A stretch of 64,000 nt of DNA from positions 21,442 to 85,441 of the forward strand of contig JBGAKR010000005.1 in assembly GCA_044224315.1 (NCBI GenBank), read 5' to 3'. The position numbers and the translations under genes were made by a program. The stretch is from Bacteroidia bacterium. Its GTDB lineage: Bacteria; Bacteroidota; Bacteroidia; NS11-12g; UBA955. The notes below the pieces were generated by a model. That model ran no database searches. It was not told the origin of the DNA and saw nothing but the letters and a program-made list of their open reading frames with translations. The stretch's first letter is position 1. Each line of letters opens with the position of its first letter. Of the stretch, positions 39,109-48,276 are shown piece by piece.

Positions 39109-40989
39109 TTGACGCGGGTTTTCGTAAACAACATTCTTTTGGTTTTTCGGTTAAATATTATCCGACAGGCACTTTTTGCCCTGTTTATCCTCACATTTTG
39201 TCGGCTTATCTGGTTTTTTTCCAATCTTTTTTGGTTGCCGTCGGCAGAATTTTTTGATTTTTTTAAGGCTTTTTTCACGGGTATCTTTTTCGACCTTCCC
39301 ATACTTGCCTATTTTTATTTACCTTTATGGATCTGGCACCTTCTTTTCCCGAATTTATGCCTGCAATTTCCCTCAGTTTCTAAAATTCTGTTTACTCTCT
39401 CATCCGCAGTGTGCCTGGTTCTTAACGGAATTGATACGGGCTTCTCTCGGATTACAGCCAAACGCACCGGCTTCGAACTATTTGCCATGCTTGGCGATGA
39501 AAACAACAAAATTGCACCTTATATAAAGGACTATATTTTGGGTATTTTGGGGATTTTGGTGTTACTTTATCTCATTTATCGTTTCACCCCAACGCAGGGC
39601 AACGCCTTATATATATATCGGAAAAATAAAAAGTGGTTACCCTTGGTTACCTTACCCCTGTTTGCAGCTGTTTTTCTGCTTTGTGCCCGGGGTGGCTTAA
39701 GGCTAAAACCCTTGCGCAGTATAGATGCCGGCGAGTTTACGGTGGCAGGGATGGGACCTCTTGTAAGCAGCACCCCCTTGCAACTGATTAGTACCCTGGG
39801 ACAAAAAACCCTGCCTGAATTTGACTTTATGCCAGAGGTTGAAGCTGAAAAATGGCTGGGAATCCCAAATACTCCTCCTACCCTTCCTGCCGACAAAAAA
39901 AATGTAGTACTGATAATTGTAGAAAGTTTGGGGCGTGATTATACCGGGTTTTTAAACGGGCAACCCTTTACCCCCTTTTTGGACAGCCTTAGCAAAAAGA
40001 GTATCAATTTCAGGTTTTGCTTTGCAAACGGAACCCGTAGTATAGAAATGGTGCCCGCTATTTTTTGCGGACTGCCGGGTTTAATGGAAGACCATTATAT
40101 CAATTCGGTTTATTCTACAAACAAGGCCCGCAATTTGTTTCCTTGTTTTAAAGACCTGGGGTACAGCACCTCATTTTATCACGGTGGCGCCAATGGTACC
40201 ATGGGTTTTCAGGCTTTTTTGAAACATACCGGACTAGATATATATAAAGGCATAAACGAATACCCAAACCGCACCCGCGATGATGACGGACATTGGGGAA
40301 TCTACGACGAGCCTTATCTGCAGTATGTGGCCAATGAGCTGGATGCCATGTCAAAACCCTTTTTTACTTCGGTATTTACCCTTTCCTCTCACCACCCTTA
40401 CACTGTTCCGGATCAATACAAAAATCAATTGCCCGCAGGTAAGTTGCCTATTCATAAAAGCATGGCCTATACCGACCTTAGTTTGAAGCTATTTTTTGAA
40501 CGGGCAGAAAAATCGGATTGGTTTAAGAATACGGTATTTGTAATAACCGGCGACCATACCAGCTATGGCCTGCACGACTATTTCTACAGTCAAAGTGGCC
40601 ACTATGAAATTCCCTTGCTCATTTTTACTCCTGGAATAAAACCCCAAGTTATTGATAAAAGCATTTCACAATGCGATATAGGCCCTACTGTGATTGACTT
40701 TTTGCATTTACCTACCAAATGGTTTGGTTTGGGCAGAAGTGCCTTCGACACTGCATATGCAGGCTATTCTGTGCATTATGATGCCGGAGTTTGGTATTTG
40801 GTGCAGTATCCTTATGTTATTGGAATCGATGAAAAGGGAAAAGTACGCGATTATTCCATCCGATTAAGGAATGAAAGGCAGGCAAAACAGCTTCCAAGAA
40901 CTGGAAAACAGTACACATTTATGGATAAAACCCTGAAAGCATACCTTCAGGTATATTCCAGCCGCATACGCAGTAATCATTGGTATTGA
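39109..40989 (+). CDS. LTA-synthase/sulfatase-family (alkaline phosphatase superfamily) polytopic membrane protein, divergent from rpsL. The start is uncertain.
   Basis: Multi-TM N-terminus followed by a sulfatase-like domain (IIVESLGRDYTGF..., VFVITGDHTSYGL). The maximal ORF starts at 38968 and would overlap rpsL and its promoter. TTG 39109 is the first plausible in-frame start after the promoter and before the TM helices. Confidence 0.6.
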   Translation: MTRVFVNNILLVFRLNIIRQALFALFILTFCRLIWFFSNLFWLPSAEFFDFFKAFFTGIFFDLPILAYFYLPLWIWHLLFPNLCLQFPSVSKILFTLSSAVCLVLNGIDTGFSRITAKRTGFELFAMLGDENNKIAPYIKDYILGILGILVLLYLIYRFTPTQGNALYIYRKNKKWLPLVTLPLFAAVFLLCARGGLRLKPLRSIDAGEFTVAGMGPLVSSTPLQLISTLGQKTLPEFDFMPEVEAEKWLGIPNTPPTLPADKKNVVLIIVESLGRDYTGFLNGQPFTPFLDSLSKKSINFRFCFANGTRSIEMVPAIFCGLPGLMEDHYINSVYSTNKARNLFPCFKDLGYSTSFYHGGANGTMGFQAFLKHTGLDIYKGINEYPNRTRDDDGHWGIYDEPYLQYVANELDAMSKPFFTSVFTLSSHHPYTVPDQYKNQLPAGKLPIHKSMAYTDLSLKLFFERAEKSDWFKNTVFVITGDHTSYGLHDYFYSQSGHYEIPLLIFTPGIKPQVIDKSISQCDIGPTVIDFLHLPTKWFGLGRSAFDTAYAGYSVHYDAGVWYLVQYPYVIGIDEKGKVRDYSIRLRNERQAKQLPRTGKQYTFMDKTLKAYLQVYSSRIRSNHWY

Positions 40990-41152
40990 CAGCAGGATTG
41001 AAACCAGTTGGTATGTAAATTATTCTGTTATTTTTGACTAAAAAGAGGTCAAATTCAGAAAACATTTCTTTTTAAATATTTGTTCATACAAACAACCTTC
41101 CAAAGGATAGTGACGTCTTAAATAGGTACGACTTTTGATATAAGAAAAACAG

Positions 41153-42316
41153 ATGCGATATTTCATAGCAGTATTACTTTCATTGACGGCCTGGACGCTT
41201 TCCGCCCAAAAAATTAAGGATAAAAAAGCATTACAATCCACTAAGGTGGCTCCCTTACGTGGCCCGGAGGTACGATTTAAAAATAAAATCCACGACTTTG
41301 GCAGGATTAACATTGACATACAATATGCGCGTACATCTTTTGTATTCTACAATATTGGTGACAAGCCATTGCGCATTACAAATTGTGTTGCCAGTTGCGG
41401 ATGTACCACCCCTGACTGGAGTCGTGATTCAGTAATGCCCGGCGATTCGGGATTTGTAGATGTACGGTATGAAACCATCAATCATCCCGGAACATTCCGC
41501 AAAACCATCACGGTTTATACAAACTCAGACAGCACCCCTTTTGTGCATTTGGACATTTTGGGTGATGTATACCGCGAAACTGTGCAAGCTACGAACCAGG
41601 CTCCCGATTATGGCAGGGTATATTTTTCAATTCCCACCATTGAATTTAAACCTTTATACGACAACGGACCCGACACCATGCAGGTGAGATTAATTAACGG
41701 AAGCCTGTTTTCAACTGAATTTCAGCCTATCCCCAATATTCCGCCGTATTGCAAAATAATCGGATATCCGCGCAGTTTGGAGCCTAATGAGAATGCGCTA
41801 ATTTCAGTAATTCTGGATGGGAAAATGATGAAAAGTTACGGTTTTGGGGCATTTGAACTTCCGGTTAACAGCAGCAGTCCGGTTAATCCCAACATCGGAT
41901 TGTATGTGGCCTATACCCGTATGCAATATTTTCCAAAAATGAATGCAAAGCAATTGGCCAAAGCGCCCAAACTTAAATTAAATATTGAGGGTGAAAAGAT
42001 TAATTTTGGAGGACATAGCTCGGGTGATGTATTGGATACTACTCTGCTCTTCACCAATACAGGTAAAACCGAACTGATTATTCACGAAATTTACCCGGAG
42101 TGCAGCTGTATACGTGTAAACTTTCCTAAGAGCAAGCTAATGCCCGGCGAATCCATGAAGGTGCATTTTAGCTTTGATACAGTAATGAAAGACGGTGCAA
42201 CTACCCAAAGCGTTTGGATTGTGTGCAACGATCCAACCAAGCCCGAACGATTCCTTTACTTGTCGACCAATTTGCCCAAGCATGTGCAGAAATGTTTGAC
42301 CTGTCCGGACAGATAG
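41153..42316 (+). CDS. Secreted DUF1573-repeat protein.
   Basis: Signal peptide MRYFIAVLLSLTAWTLSAQ. DUF1573-like modules with C-x-C motifs (NCVASCGCTTPDWS; YPECSCIRVNFPK). Confidence 0.6.
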   Translation: MRYFIAVLLSLTAWTLSAQKIKDKKALQSTKVAPLRGPEVRFKNKIHDFGRINIDIQYARTSFVFYNIGDKPLRITNCVASCGCTTPDWSRDSVMPGDSGFVDVRYETINHPGTFRKTITVYTNSDSTPFVHLDILGDVYRETVQATNQAPDYGRVYFSIPTIEFKPLYDNGPDTMQVRLINGSLFSTEFQPIPNIPPYCKIIGYPRSLEPNENALISVILDGKMMKSYGFGAFELPVNSSSPVNPNIGLYVAYTRMQYFPKMNAKQLAKAPKLKLNIEGEKINFGGHSSGDVLDTTLLFTNTGKTELIIHEIYPECSCIRVNFPKSKLMPGESMKVHFSFDTVMKDGATTQSVWIVCNDPTKPERFLYLSTNLPKHVQKCLTCPDR

Positions 42317-42405
42317 GATTTAATTCTCGTTAAAAATGACAGAGCCTTGGTGAAAAGGGCGTTTGAAACAGTTAAATTTGCAACTCAAAACCTAACAAAT
42401 AAAAA

Positions 42406-43167
42406 ATGAAAAAAGTTTTACTTTCAATTGCACTGATTGCCGGATTGACGTCTTCAGCATTTGGTGTTACTATCGACTGGTCGTTGGATCAGATTTTAAA
42501 ACCCACTCAGGTTAACAGCACTACCGGAAGCGGTTCAACTGTTAATTATGAACTAGTATTCAAAAATAACGGACCCGACAGTGCAAAAATTGGTGATACA
42601 CTTTTGTATCAAATAGGTCTTACCTATACAAATAACAACACAATTGTGGTTGCGCCCAGTGCAAGCAGTTTTTACCTGCGCTTACTTAACCGCAATTTAA
42701 AATCTGGTGATACCATTCACGTTACTGGTAGCTTTTCTTTCGGTTTGTATCCTTACCCTTCAGTTACTGTTAATTGCATCGGTATCGGACACCTTATCAA
42801 TGCTGCCCGTGGTTTGAAATTCGAATCCACTACCATCACCAACAATACCAAAGTGGTTCAAATTACATGGTACAACCCACAAGGCTGGCCTGTTAGCACC
42901 ACTGATATGAATGCCGGAAAAACCTCGGTTTACCCAACAGTGGTTAAAGATCAGTTCACTGTAACGGTGCCTGCTATTGCAGTTGGACAAAATATTACAG
43001 TAAAAGTTTACTCTATTCTGGGCAACCTGATTTCAGAAAAAACTTTTGCTCCCCAAGCCGATAATGCATACAACGTAAATGCTGCAAACCTTGCCAATGG
43101 TACCTACCTGGTAAGTGTTGAACACAACGGTGTAGTAAGCACAACCAAAATTATCGTTCAGAAGTAA
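42406..43167 (+). CDS. Hypothetical secreted protein with a T9SS C-terminal sorting domain.
   Basis: Signal peptide MKKVLLSIALIAGLTSSAFG. CTD ...VYPTVVKDQFTVTV...GTYLVSVEHNGVVSTTKIIVQK. Confidence 0.6.
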   Translation: MKKVLLSIALIAGLTSSAFGVTIDWSLDQILKPTQVNSTTGSGSTVNYELVFKNNGPDSAKIGDTLLYQIGLTYTNNNTIVVAPSASSFYLRLLNRNLKSGDTIHVTGSFSFGLYPYPSVTVNCIGIGHLINAARGLKFESTTITNNTKVVQITWYNPQGWPVSTTDMNAGKTSVYPTVVKDQFTVTVPAIAVGQNITVKVYSILGNLISEKTFAPQADNAYNVNAANLANGTYLVSVEHNGVVSTTKIIVQK

Positions 43168-43183
43168 TCAAGTTCAAAACACA

Positions 43184-43215
43184 TAAAAAAAGAGGCTTTC
43201 GGGCCTCTTTTTTTG
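43184..43215. terminator. Bidirectional intrinsic terminator between 42406-43167 (+) and the YebC gene (-).
   Basis: A7, then agaggc-tttcgg-gcctct hairpin, then T8. Confidence 0.6.
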
Positions 43216-43232
43216 TTTTTAGCTAATTTACA

Positions 43233-43949
43233 TTACCTGAGATTGTGGTGAACTGCCTGTACATCATCGTCTCCTTCAAGGCGATCTACCAAATCGAGTA
43301 CTTCTTTGGCTTGTTCGGCATCCAGGTCTACCCAAGTATTGGGGATGTACTGCAATTCGGTGGTGCTTACTTCAATGCCCATATCTTCCAAGGCTTTTTG
43401 CATGCTACCAAAATCCTGAAAGCTGGTATAGATGTAAATTTCCTCATCATCAATGGCCATGTCTTCAAAGCCATAGTCGATAAGTTCGAGTTCCAGTTCA
43501 TCCAAATCGCGGCCAGCCAGTTTTGATTTTTGAATTTTAAAAACCCCTTTTCTGGAGAAGATAAAATCCAGTGAACCTGTTTTGCCCATGGCCCCGCCGC
43601 CTTTATTAAAGTGGCTGCGCACATTGGCAACAGTGCGGGTATTGTTATCAGTAGCGGTTTCTACCAAAATGGCTACACCATGTGGGGCGTACCCTTCATA
43701 TTTAATTTCTTCATAACCCGCCATATCTTTGTCACTGGCGCGTTTGATGGCCGCCTCGATGCGGTCTTTGGGCATGTTTACGCTTTTGGCATTCTGAATA
43801 CAAAGGCGCAAACGGGGGTTATAATCCGGGTTGGGTCCATTTTGTTTAACGGCTACTGCTATCTCTTTTCCAATGCGGGTAAATTGTTTCGCCATGCGGT
43901 CGAACCGGGCGAACATGGTATGTTTGCGTTTTTCGAATATGCGTCCCAT
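43233..43949 (-). CDS. YebC/PmpR family DNA-binding transcriptional regulator.
   Basis: 238 aa. Conserved N-terminal segment HTMFARFDRMAKQFTRIGKEIAVAVKQNGPNPDYNPRLRLCIQNAKSVNMPKDRIEAAIKRA. Confidence 0.85.
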   Translation of the reverse strand: MGRIFEKRKHTMFARFDRMAKQFTRIGKEIAVAVKQNGPNPDYNPRLRLCIQNAKSVNMPKDRIEAAIKRASDKDMAGYEEIKYEGYAPHGVAILVETATDNNTRTVANVRSHFNKGGGAMGKTGSLDFIFSRKGVFKIQKSKLAGRDLDELELELIDYGFEDMAIDDEEIYIYTSFQDFGSMQKALEDMGIEVSTTELQYIPNTWVDLDAEQAKEVLDLVDRLEGDDDVQAVHHNLR

Positions 43950-44014
43950 AAAGCTGCGAAATTAAAGTGAAAAGTGAATTAAATCACTGCAACTAAGTTT
44001 ATTGTTAAACAGGA

Positions 44015-45436
44015 TTAAGCTTTATGCTTCAACTTAGAGGCACAAACGAAATCAGTGGTGGGCACGTCGGTTTTGGAAATGGCTGCAAAACCGCCATCTA
44101 CCTCAGTAAAATTGTCCCATCCCCGGGATTTGAGTATAGAAGCGGCTATCATGCTGCGGTAGCCACCGGCGCAATGGATATAAAAATGCTGGTCTTTGGG
44201 AAATTCCGAAATATGGTCGTTGATATAATCCAAAGGCAAAGATTCGGCTTCGTCCACGTGTTCGGCGCTATACTCACCGGGTTTGCGCACATCAATTACC
44301 AAGGGTTTTTCGGATTTAAAACGGTTGGCGAATTCGGCTGCTGAAATACGATCTACGGCATCCGTTTCTTTACCTGCAGCTTGCCAGGCTTTAAAGCCAC
44401 CTTCGAGGAATCCAATTACATAATCGTATCCCACGCGGGCAAGGCGGGTAATTACTTCCTGTTCCCGGTCTGCATCTGTAATGAGCAGTATCTGCTGTTT
44501 AATATCCGGAATTAATGCACCTACCCAAGGGGCAAACTGGCCGTCGATTCCAATGTTAATGCTATTGGGCACAAAACCTTTGTGAAAAACGGCAGGGCTG
44601 CGGGTATCCAGCACCAGCGCACCGGTTTCGTTGGCGGCTGCTTCAAAAGCCTCGGGCGAAAGGGCATTGAGTCCTCTTTTCATTACCGCATCCAGGTGCT
44701 CATAACCATGTTTATTCATGGCCACATTCAGCGGAAAATATGCAGGCGGGGGTAACAAGCCATCAGTAACTTCGGCAATAAATTCAGCTTCGGTCATATC
44801 GGCCCGCAGGGCGTAGTTGAGTTTCTTTTGTTCCCCAATGGTTGAAACTGTTTCCTTGCTCATGTTTTTGCCGCAGGCACTTCCGGCCCCGTGTGCAGGA
44901 TAAACTGTAACTTCATCCTCCAAAGTCATTAACCGGTTTCGCAGCGAGTGAAATAATTTACCAGCCAATTGCTCCTGTGTCATATTGGCGGCTTTTTGTG
45001 CCAAATCGGGGCGACCCACGTCCCCTATAAACAGGGTGTCGCCGGTAAATACTGCCAGATTTTTACCATCTGTATCTTTTAACAGATAGCAGGTACTTTC
45101 CATGGTGTGACCAGGTGTATGCAGCACTTGAAAACGCAGCGAACCAATGTTAAAAATTTCATCATCAGCGGCTATATGCGCATCAAAACTCGGGTTGGCT
45201 TGTGGGCCATAAACGATGGTAGCACCTGTAGCTTTTGCAAGGTCGAGGTGACCGCTTACAAAATCAGCATGGAAATGGGTTTCGAAAATGTATTTAATTT
45301 TTACACCATCGCGATTTGCGCGGTCGATGTATGGTTTTACTTCCCTTAAAGGATCAATAATGGCGGCTTCATTGCCATCTGAAATGTAATACGCACCTTG
45401 GGCAAGGCAGCCAGTGTAGATTTGTTCTATTTGCAT
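44015..45436 (-). CDS. Multidomain sulfur dioxygenase/sulfurtransferase: MBL-fold (persulfide dioxygenase/ETHE1-like) fused to two rhodanese domains (CstB-like).
   Basis: MBL motif ETHFHADFVSG. Two rhodanese modules; the C-terminal one has the active-site Cys loop YIHCAGGYRSM. Confidence 0.75.
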   Translation of the reverse strand: MQIEQIYTGCLAQGAYYISDGNEAAIIDPLREVKPYIDRANRDGVKIKYIFETHFHADFVSGHLDLAKATGATIVYGPQANPSFDAHIAADDEIFNIGSLRFQVLHTPGHTMESTCYLLKDTDGKNLAVFTGDTLFIGDVGRPDLAQKAANMTQEQLAGKLFHSLRNRLMTLEDEVTVYPAHGAGSACGKNMSKETVSTIGEQKKLNYALRADMTEAEFIAEVTDGLLPPPAYFPLNVAMNKHGYEHLDAVMKRGLNALSPEAFEAAANETGALVLDTRSPAVFHKGFVPNSINIGIDGQFAPWVGALIPDIKQQILLITDADREQEVITRLARVGYDYVIGFLEGGFKAWQAAGKETDAVDRISAAEFANRFKSEKPLVIDVRKPGEYSAEHVDEAESLPLDYINDHISEFPKDQHFYIHCAGGYRSMIAASILKSRGWDNFTEVDGGFAAISKTDVPTTDFVCASKLKHKA

Positions 45437-45512
45437 TATTTAAGTGTTAAAAAGATTTAACAAATTTCATTCAAATTATTCAAGAAATCCAATTTTAAGA
45501 CAAAATGTCGGA

Positions 45513-47201
45513 CTACCTGAATGAATAGTCAACACCATACACCTGAGTGAGTAGGGTTTGCGGCGCATCTAAAATTTTTGCGTTCATGGGGGGTGTGGGA
45601 GTAACCGGCGAAAATTGTTTGAGATACGCTTTAACCAATTGGTGCAGGGTTTTGCCTGTATTCTCAGTATTGGTTACCCCTTTTAAACGACATAACATAT
45701 CGGCGGGGTCGCCTTCTCTTTCGCAAGCGGTAAGCACATAAGTTTTATTTATATCCAAAGGTTCTCCCCCAATTTCAACTTTTTTTACCCGGCTGCCTTT
45801 TTCGGCAAATGCATTGAATTCAACATGCATACCATTGAATTTTACGACCCATCCGCCCAGTCTTTCTCCAGCTTCTTTTGCAAAAACATTGTTTAATTCT
45901 TTTTCAAGCCAGGCTTTAATCTGTCCACCAGTGGCATTGCCTTTTCGCACCATACTATCCACTGGCAACATATCAAATAAATAACCCTGGGTAATGGGTA
46001 TATTACCTGTAGAATCGGGTGTAGCTTTGGGCGGGCAAAACCTAAAGCCATTTGAAAGTGCAACATCTGCTTCGGGAAAAGCCCATTTTACCGCATTTAA
46101 AATCAGCGTGTCGATGGTATTTTCAACTACAAAATATCGATACAATGGCAAAGTACTGTACCCTAATATTTCATTAATTTTAGCTAAATATTTTGATTCA
46201 GAATCTTTTACCAATTTATCCATTTTACTGTCTGCTTTTAGCGATTTGGCCTCCACTTCTAGCAGTTGGTATTGGGTTTGAATCAATTTACCCTCGCGGA
46301 AAGTAAGATTCAGTTTACCAGCAAAAGAACCGAAGGCACCGGGCTCTACCACACTGGCATATTTACAAACTATAGGTACTCGCACGCGTTCGTGGGTATC
46401 CCCACCAAGAATAAAATCAACCCCTTCACATTCGGGCATATTGGCCAGCGCAATTTGTTGCGATAATCCCAAATGGGCCAAAATTATTACACTACTGCAT
46501 TTTTCCTGGTTGCGTAAAACATCTACATAATAGGCCAGATTTTCTTCGGGTTTGGTATACACAATTCCCTTGCTGTATGCCGGTGATTGCCTAATGGGCA
46601 CCCAAGGGTCGGTATAGCCCAGAAATCCGATTTTAATATTGCCAACATTCCAGATATAATAAGGTGGAAACACCAATTCACCCTTTTTATTATCGCCCAA
46701 ATCGTGGTATAAATTGGCGCAAACCTTTGGACCGTTTAGTGAGCCCATCAAGGTTTGCATTCTTTTTTTACCATAAATAACCTCCCAGTTTCCGGGTAAA
46801 TATAAATTGTAATTTAGTGCATTTAATATCGGCACATATGCTTCACCCAAAGTTTCAACAGAGAGTTCACTCCCCTGAAACATATCTCCAGTATCTACAA
46901 AAAAAGTATTTGGGTTTGATTTTTTTAATTTCGAGAATAAGGTTGCTAAGCGTGCGTATCCACCGGTTTTTCTGAACACCATTTGGTTATTTTCCCAAAA
47001 CAATTCATCGTGAGCATGAATTTGGCAGTGTACATCGGTAGTTTGTACAATGGTTAGGGTTATATCTTTATTTTTACCATTTTCTGATTCGGTTTCTATA
47101 ACAGTTTCAGTAGAGATATTATCGCCTATTAAGCTATTTGTGAGCCCCACACCTGCTGTCAGCGCTGCAATTTTTTTAATAAAATCTCTTCTGTTTTTCA
47201 T
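45513..47201 (-). CDS. TAT-secreted binuclear metallophosphoesterase of the 5'-nucleotidase/SoxB family; a candidate SoxB-like thiosulfohydrolase.
   Basis: Twin-arginine signal MKNRRDFIKKIAALTAGVG. Metallophosphatase motifs TDVHCQIHAH, FFVDTGDMFQGS, GNWE (aligning to GNHE), GGDTHE. C-terminal 5'-nucleotidase-like domain. The start ATG overlaps the cytochrome stop (ATGA). Confidence 0.65.
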   Translation of the reverse strand: MKNRRDFIKKIAALTAGVGLTNSLIGDNISTETVIETESENGKNKDITLTIVQTTDVHCQIHAHDELFWENNQMVFRKTGGYARLATLFSKLKKSNPNTFFVDTGDMFQGSELSVETLGEAYVPILNALNYNLYLPGNWEVIYGKKRMQTLMGSLNGPKVCANLYHDLGDNKKGELVFPPYYIWNVGNIKIGFLGYTDPWVPIRQSPAYSKGIVYTKPEENLAYYVDVLRNQEKCSSVIILAHLGLSQQIALANMPECEGVDFILGGDTHERVRVPIVCKYASVVEPGAFGSFAGKLNLTFREGKLIQTQYQLLEVEAKSLKADSKMDKLVKDSESKYLAKINEILGYSTLPLYRYFVVENTIDTLILNAVKWAFPEADVALSNGFRFCPPKATPDSTGNIPITQGYLFDMLPVDSMVRKGNATGGQIKAWLEKELNNVFAKEAGERLGGWVVKFNGMHVEFNAFAEKGSRVKKVEIGGEPLDINKTYVLTACEREGDPADMLCRLKGVTNTENTGKTLHQLVKAYLKQFSPVTPTPPMNAKILDAPQTLLTQVYGVDYSFR

Positions 47202-48172
47202 TTATTACGGGCAATATTTTTTTGTATTTTCATTTTATTAAACGGGCCATATTTGTGGGTATTTTCCGAAAAAGTATCGGCAAACGGTCCAAAAGGGTGA
47301 TCAACTGGTTTTTGAGATATATCGGGCCAATCATGGCTTATATCCATATCGGGGCGCGGCAAACTTTCTATATATGCCGCAATGTCCCAGGCTTGTTCTT
47401 CGGTTAATTCCGGCTTTTCAAAGCTTGCCCCATTGGGCATATTATAGCGCAAAAATCCGGCAAGGGTAGAAACCCTGTACAATCCTGCCCCTTGATTAAA
47501 GCTATGATTGCCCCACAGCGGTGGATACAGGTATTCGTTGCCTTTTTTTACCCCATCACCGGCAATTCCATGACAGCGGGTACACAGTGCATTATATTCA
47601 TTTTTACCTAATTCAGGATTGGCAGCCCTATTTAAATAATTCAGTTTTGCGATTCCTGCATTGCGCGGTTTGGATTTGGCCGGAATCCCTCTCCCAACCC
47701 ATAATACATAAGCTTCCATTGCACGCATTTCAAGGCTATTGGTGTCGAGTTTTTTCCCATTTAAGCTTCGTTCTACACAATCATTTATTCGCTTTTTTAC
47801 ACTCTCCACTGTTCCACTTCTGGGTCTGAATTTTGGGTAGTTTGCGGCCACTGCAAGGTAGTTATTTCCATAACTTTTGGTCCCTGCTTCGAGGTGACAA
47901 TTCTGGCAATTCATCCCATTGGTTTGCTGCGCAACCATTCCCTGTGGGCCCAGGTAGAAGGCAGTATGCTCAATTAGTTTACGACCATATTTCACAAGAG
48001 AATCCCGCGAAATGGTATCATTCTTTTTTGTTAAATTTAGCGGCCAATTATAATTATTTAGCAACAAACGCGGCAATAAAATGCAGGTTAAAGAGAATGT
48101 AATTATACCTATTAAAATTCGGGTTTGAATTTTAATTTTTTTCAGTTGCGTTACATTCAATTCAGCCGACAT
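47198..48172 (-). CDS. Membrane-anchored diheme c-type cytochrome, SoxA/TsdA-like.
   Basis: Two CXXCH motifs (CQNCH, CTRCH) about 108 aa apart, with a single extra Cys between them (INDCVERS). LYPPLWG motif. First ATG at 48172; the track's TTG start at 48244 would place a terminator hairpin inside the first codons. Confidence 0.65.
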   Translation of the reverse strand: MSAELNVTQLKKIKIQTRILIGIITFSLTCILLPRLLLNNYNWPLNLTKKNDTISRDSLVKYGRKLIEHTAFYLGPQGMVAQQTNGMNCQNCHLEAGTKSYGNNYLAVAANYPKFRPRSGTVESVKKRINDCVERSLNGKKLDTNSLEMRAMEAYVLWVGRGIPAKSKPRNAGIAKLNYLNRAANPELGKNEYNALCTRCHGIAGDGVKKGNEYLYPPLWGNHSFNQGAGLYRVSTLAGFLRYNMPNGASFEKPELTEEQAWDIAAYIESLPRPDMDISHDWPDISQKPVDHPFGPFADTFSENTHKYGPFNKMKIQKNIARNK

Positions 48173-48228
48173 TGAAGCAACAAATATGTAAAAAACCAGC
48201 GACAATATGGGTATAAAACATAAAAAAA

Positions 48229-48258
48229 GCCTGTTTGCGTGCAAACAGGCTTTTTTTT
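48229..48258. terminator. Intrinsic terminator (bidirectional in shape) downstream of the TonB-dependent receptor gene, separating it from the cytochrome/SoxB-like operon.
   Basis: A7, then gcctgtttgc-gtg-caaacaggc, a perfect 10-bp-per-arm hairpin, then T8. Confidence 0.6.
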
Positions 48259-48276
48259 AATAGTATCAGAATTTTA

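Noticed and set aside
39030-39302. A 90-aa minus-strand ORF overlapping the LtaS-like gene start.
   Set aside because: It is basic and low-complexity, overlaps the rpsL promoter region, and has no family resemblance. It is probably an artefact.
48173-48244. An extended TTG start for the diheme cytochrome, adding a second hydrophobic segment.
   Set aside because: A perfect 10-bp hairpin with flanking A/T runs (terminator) falls inside these codons. The T-rich strand gives spurious hydrophobic translations. The ATG at 48172 still provides a signal anchor.
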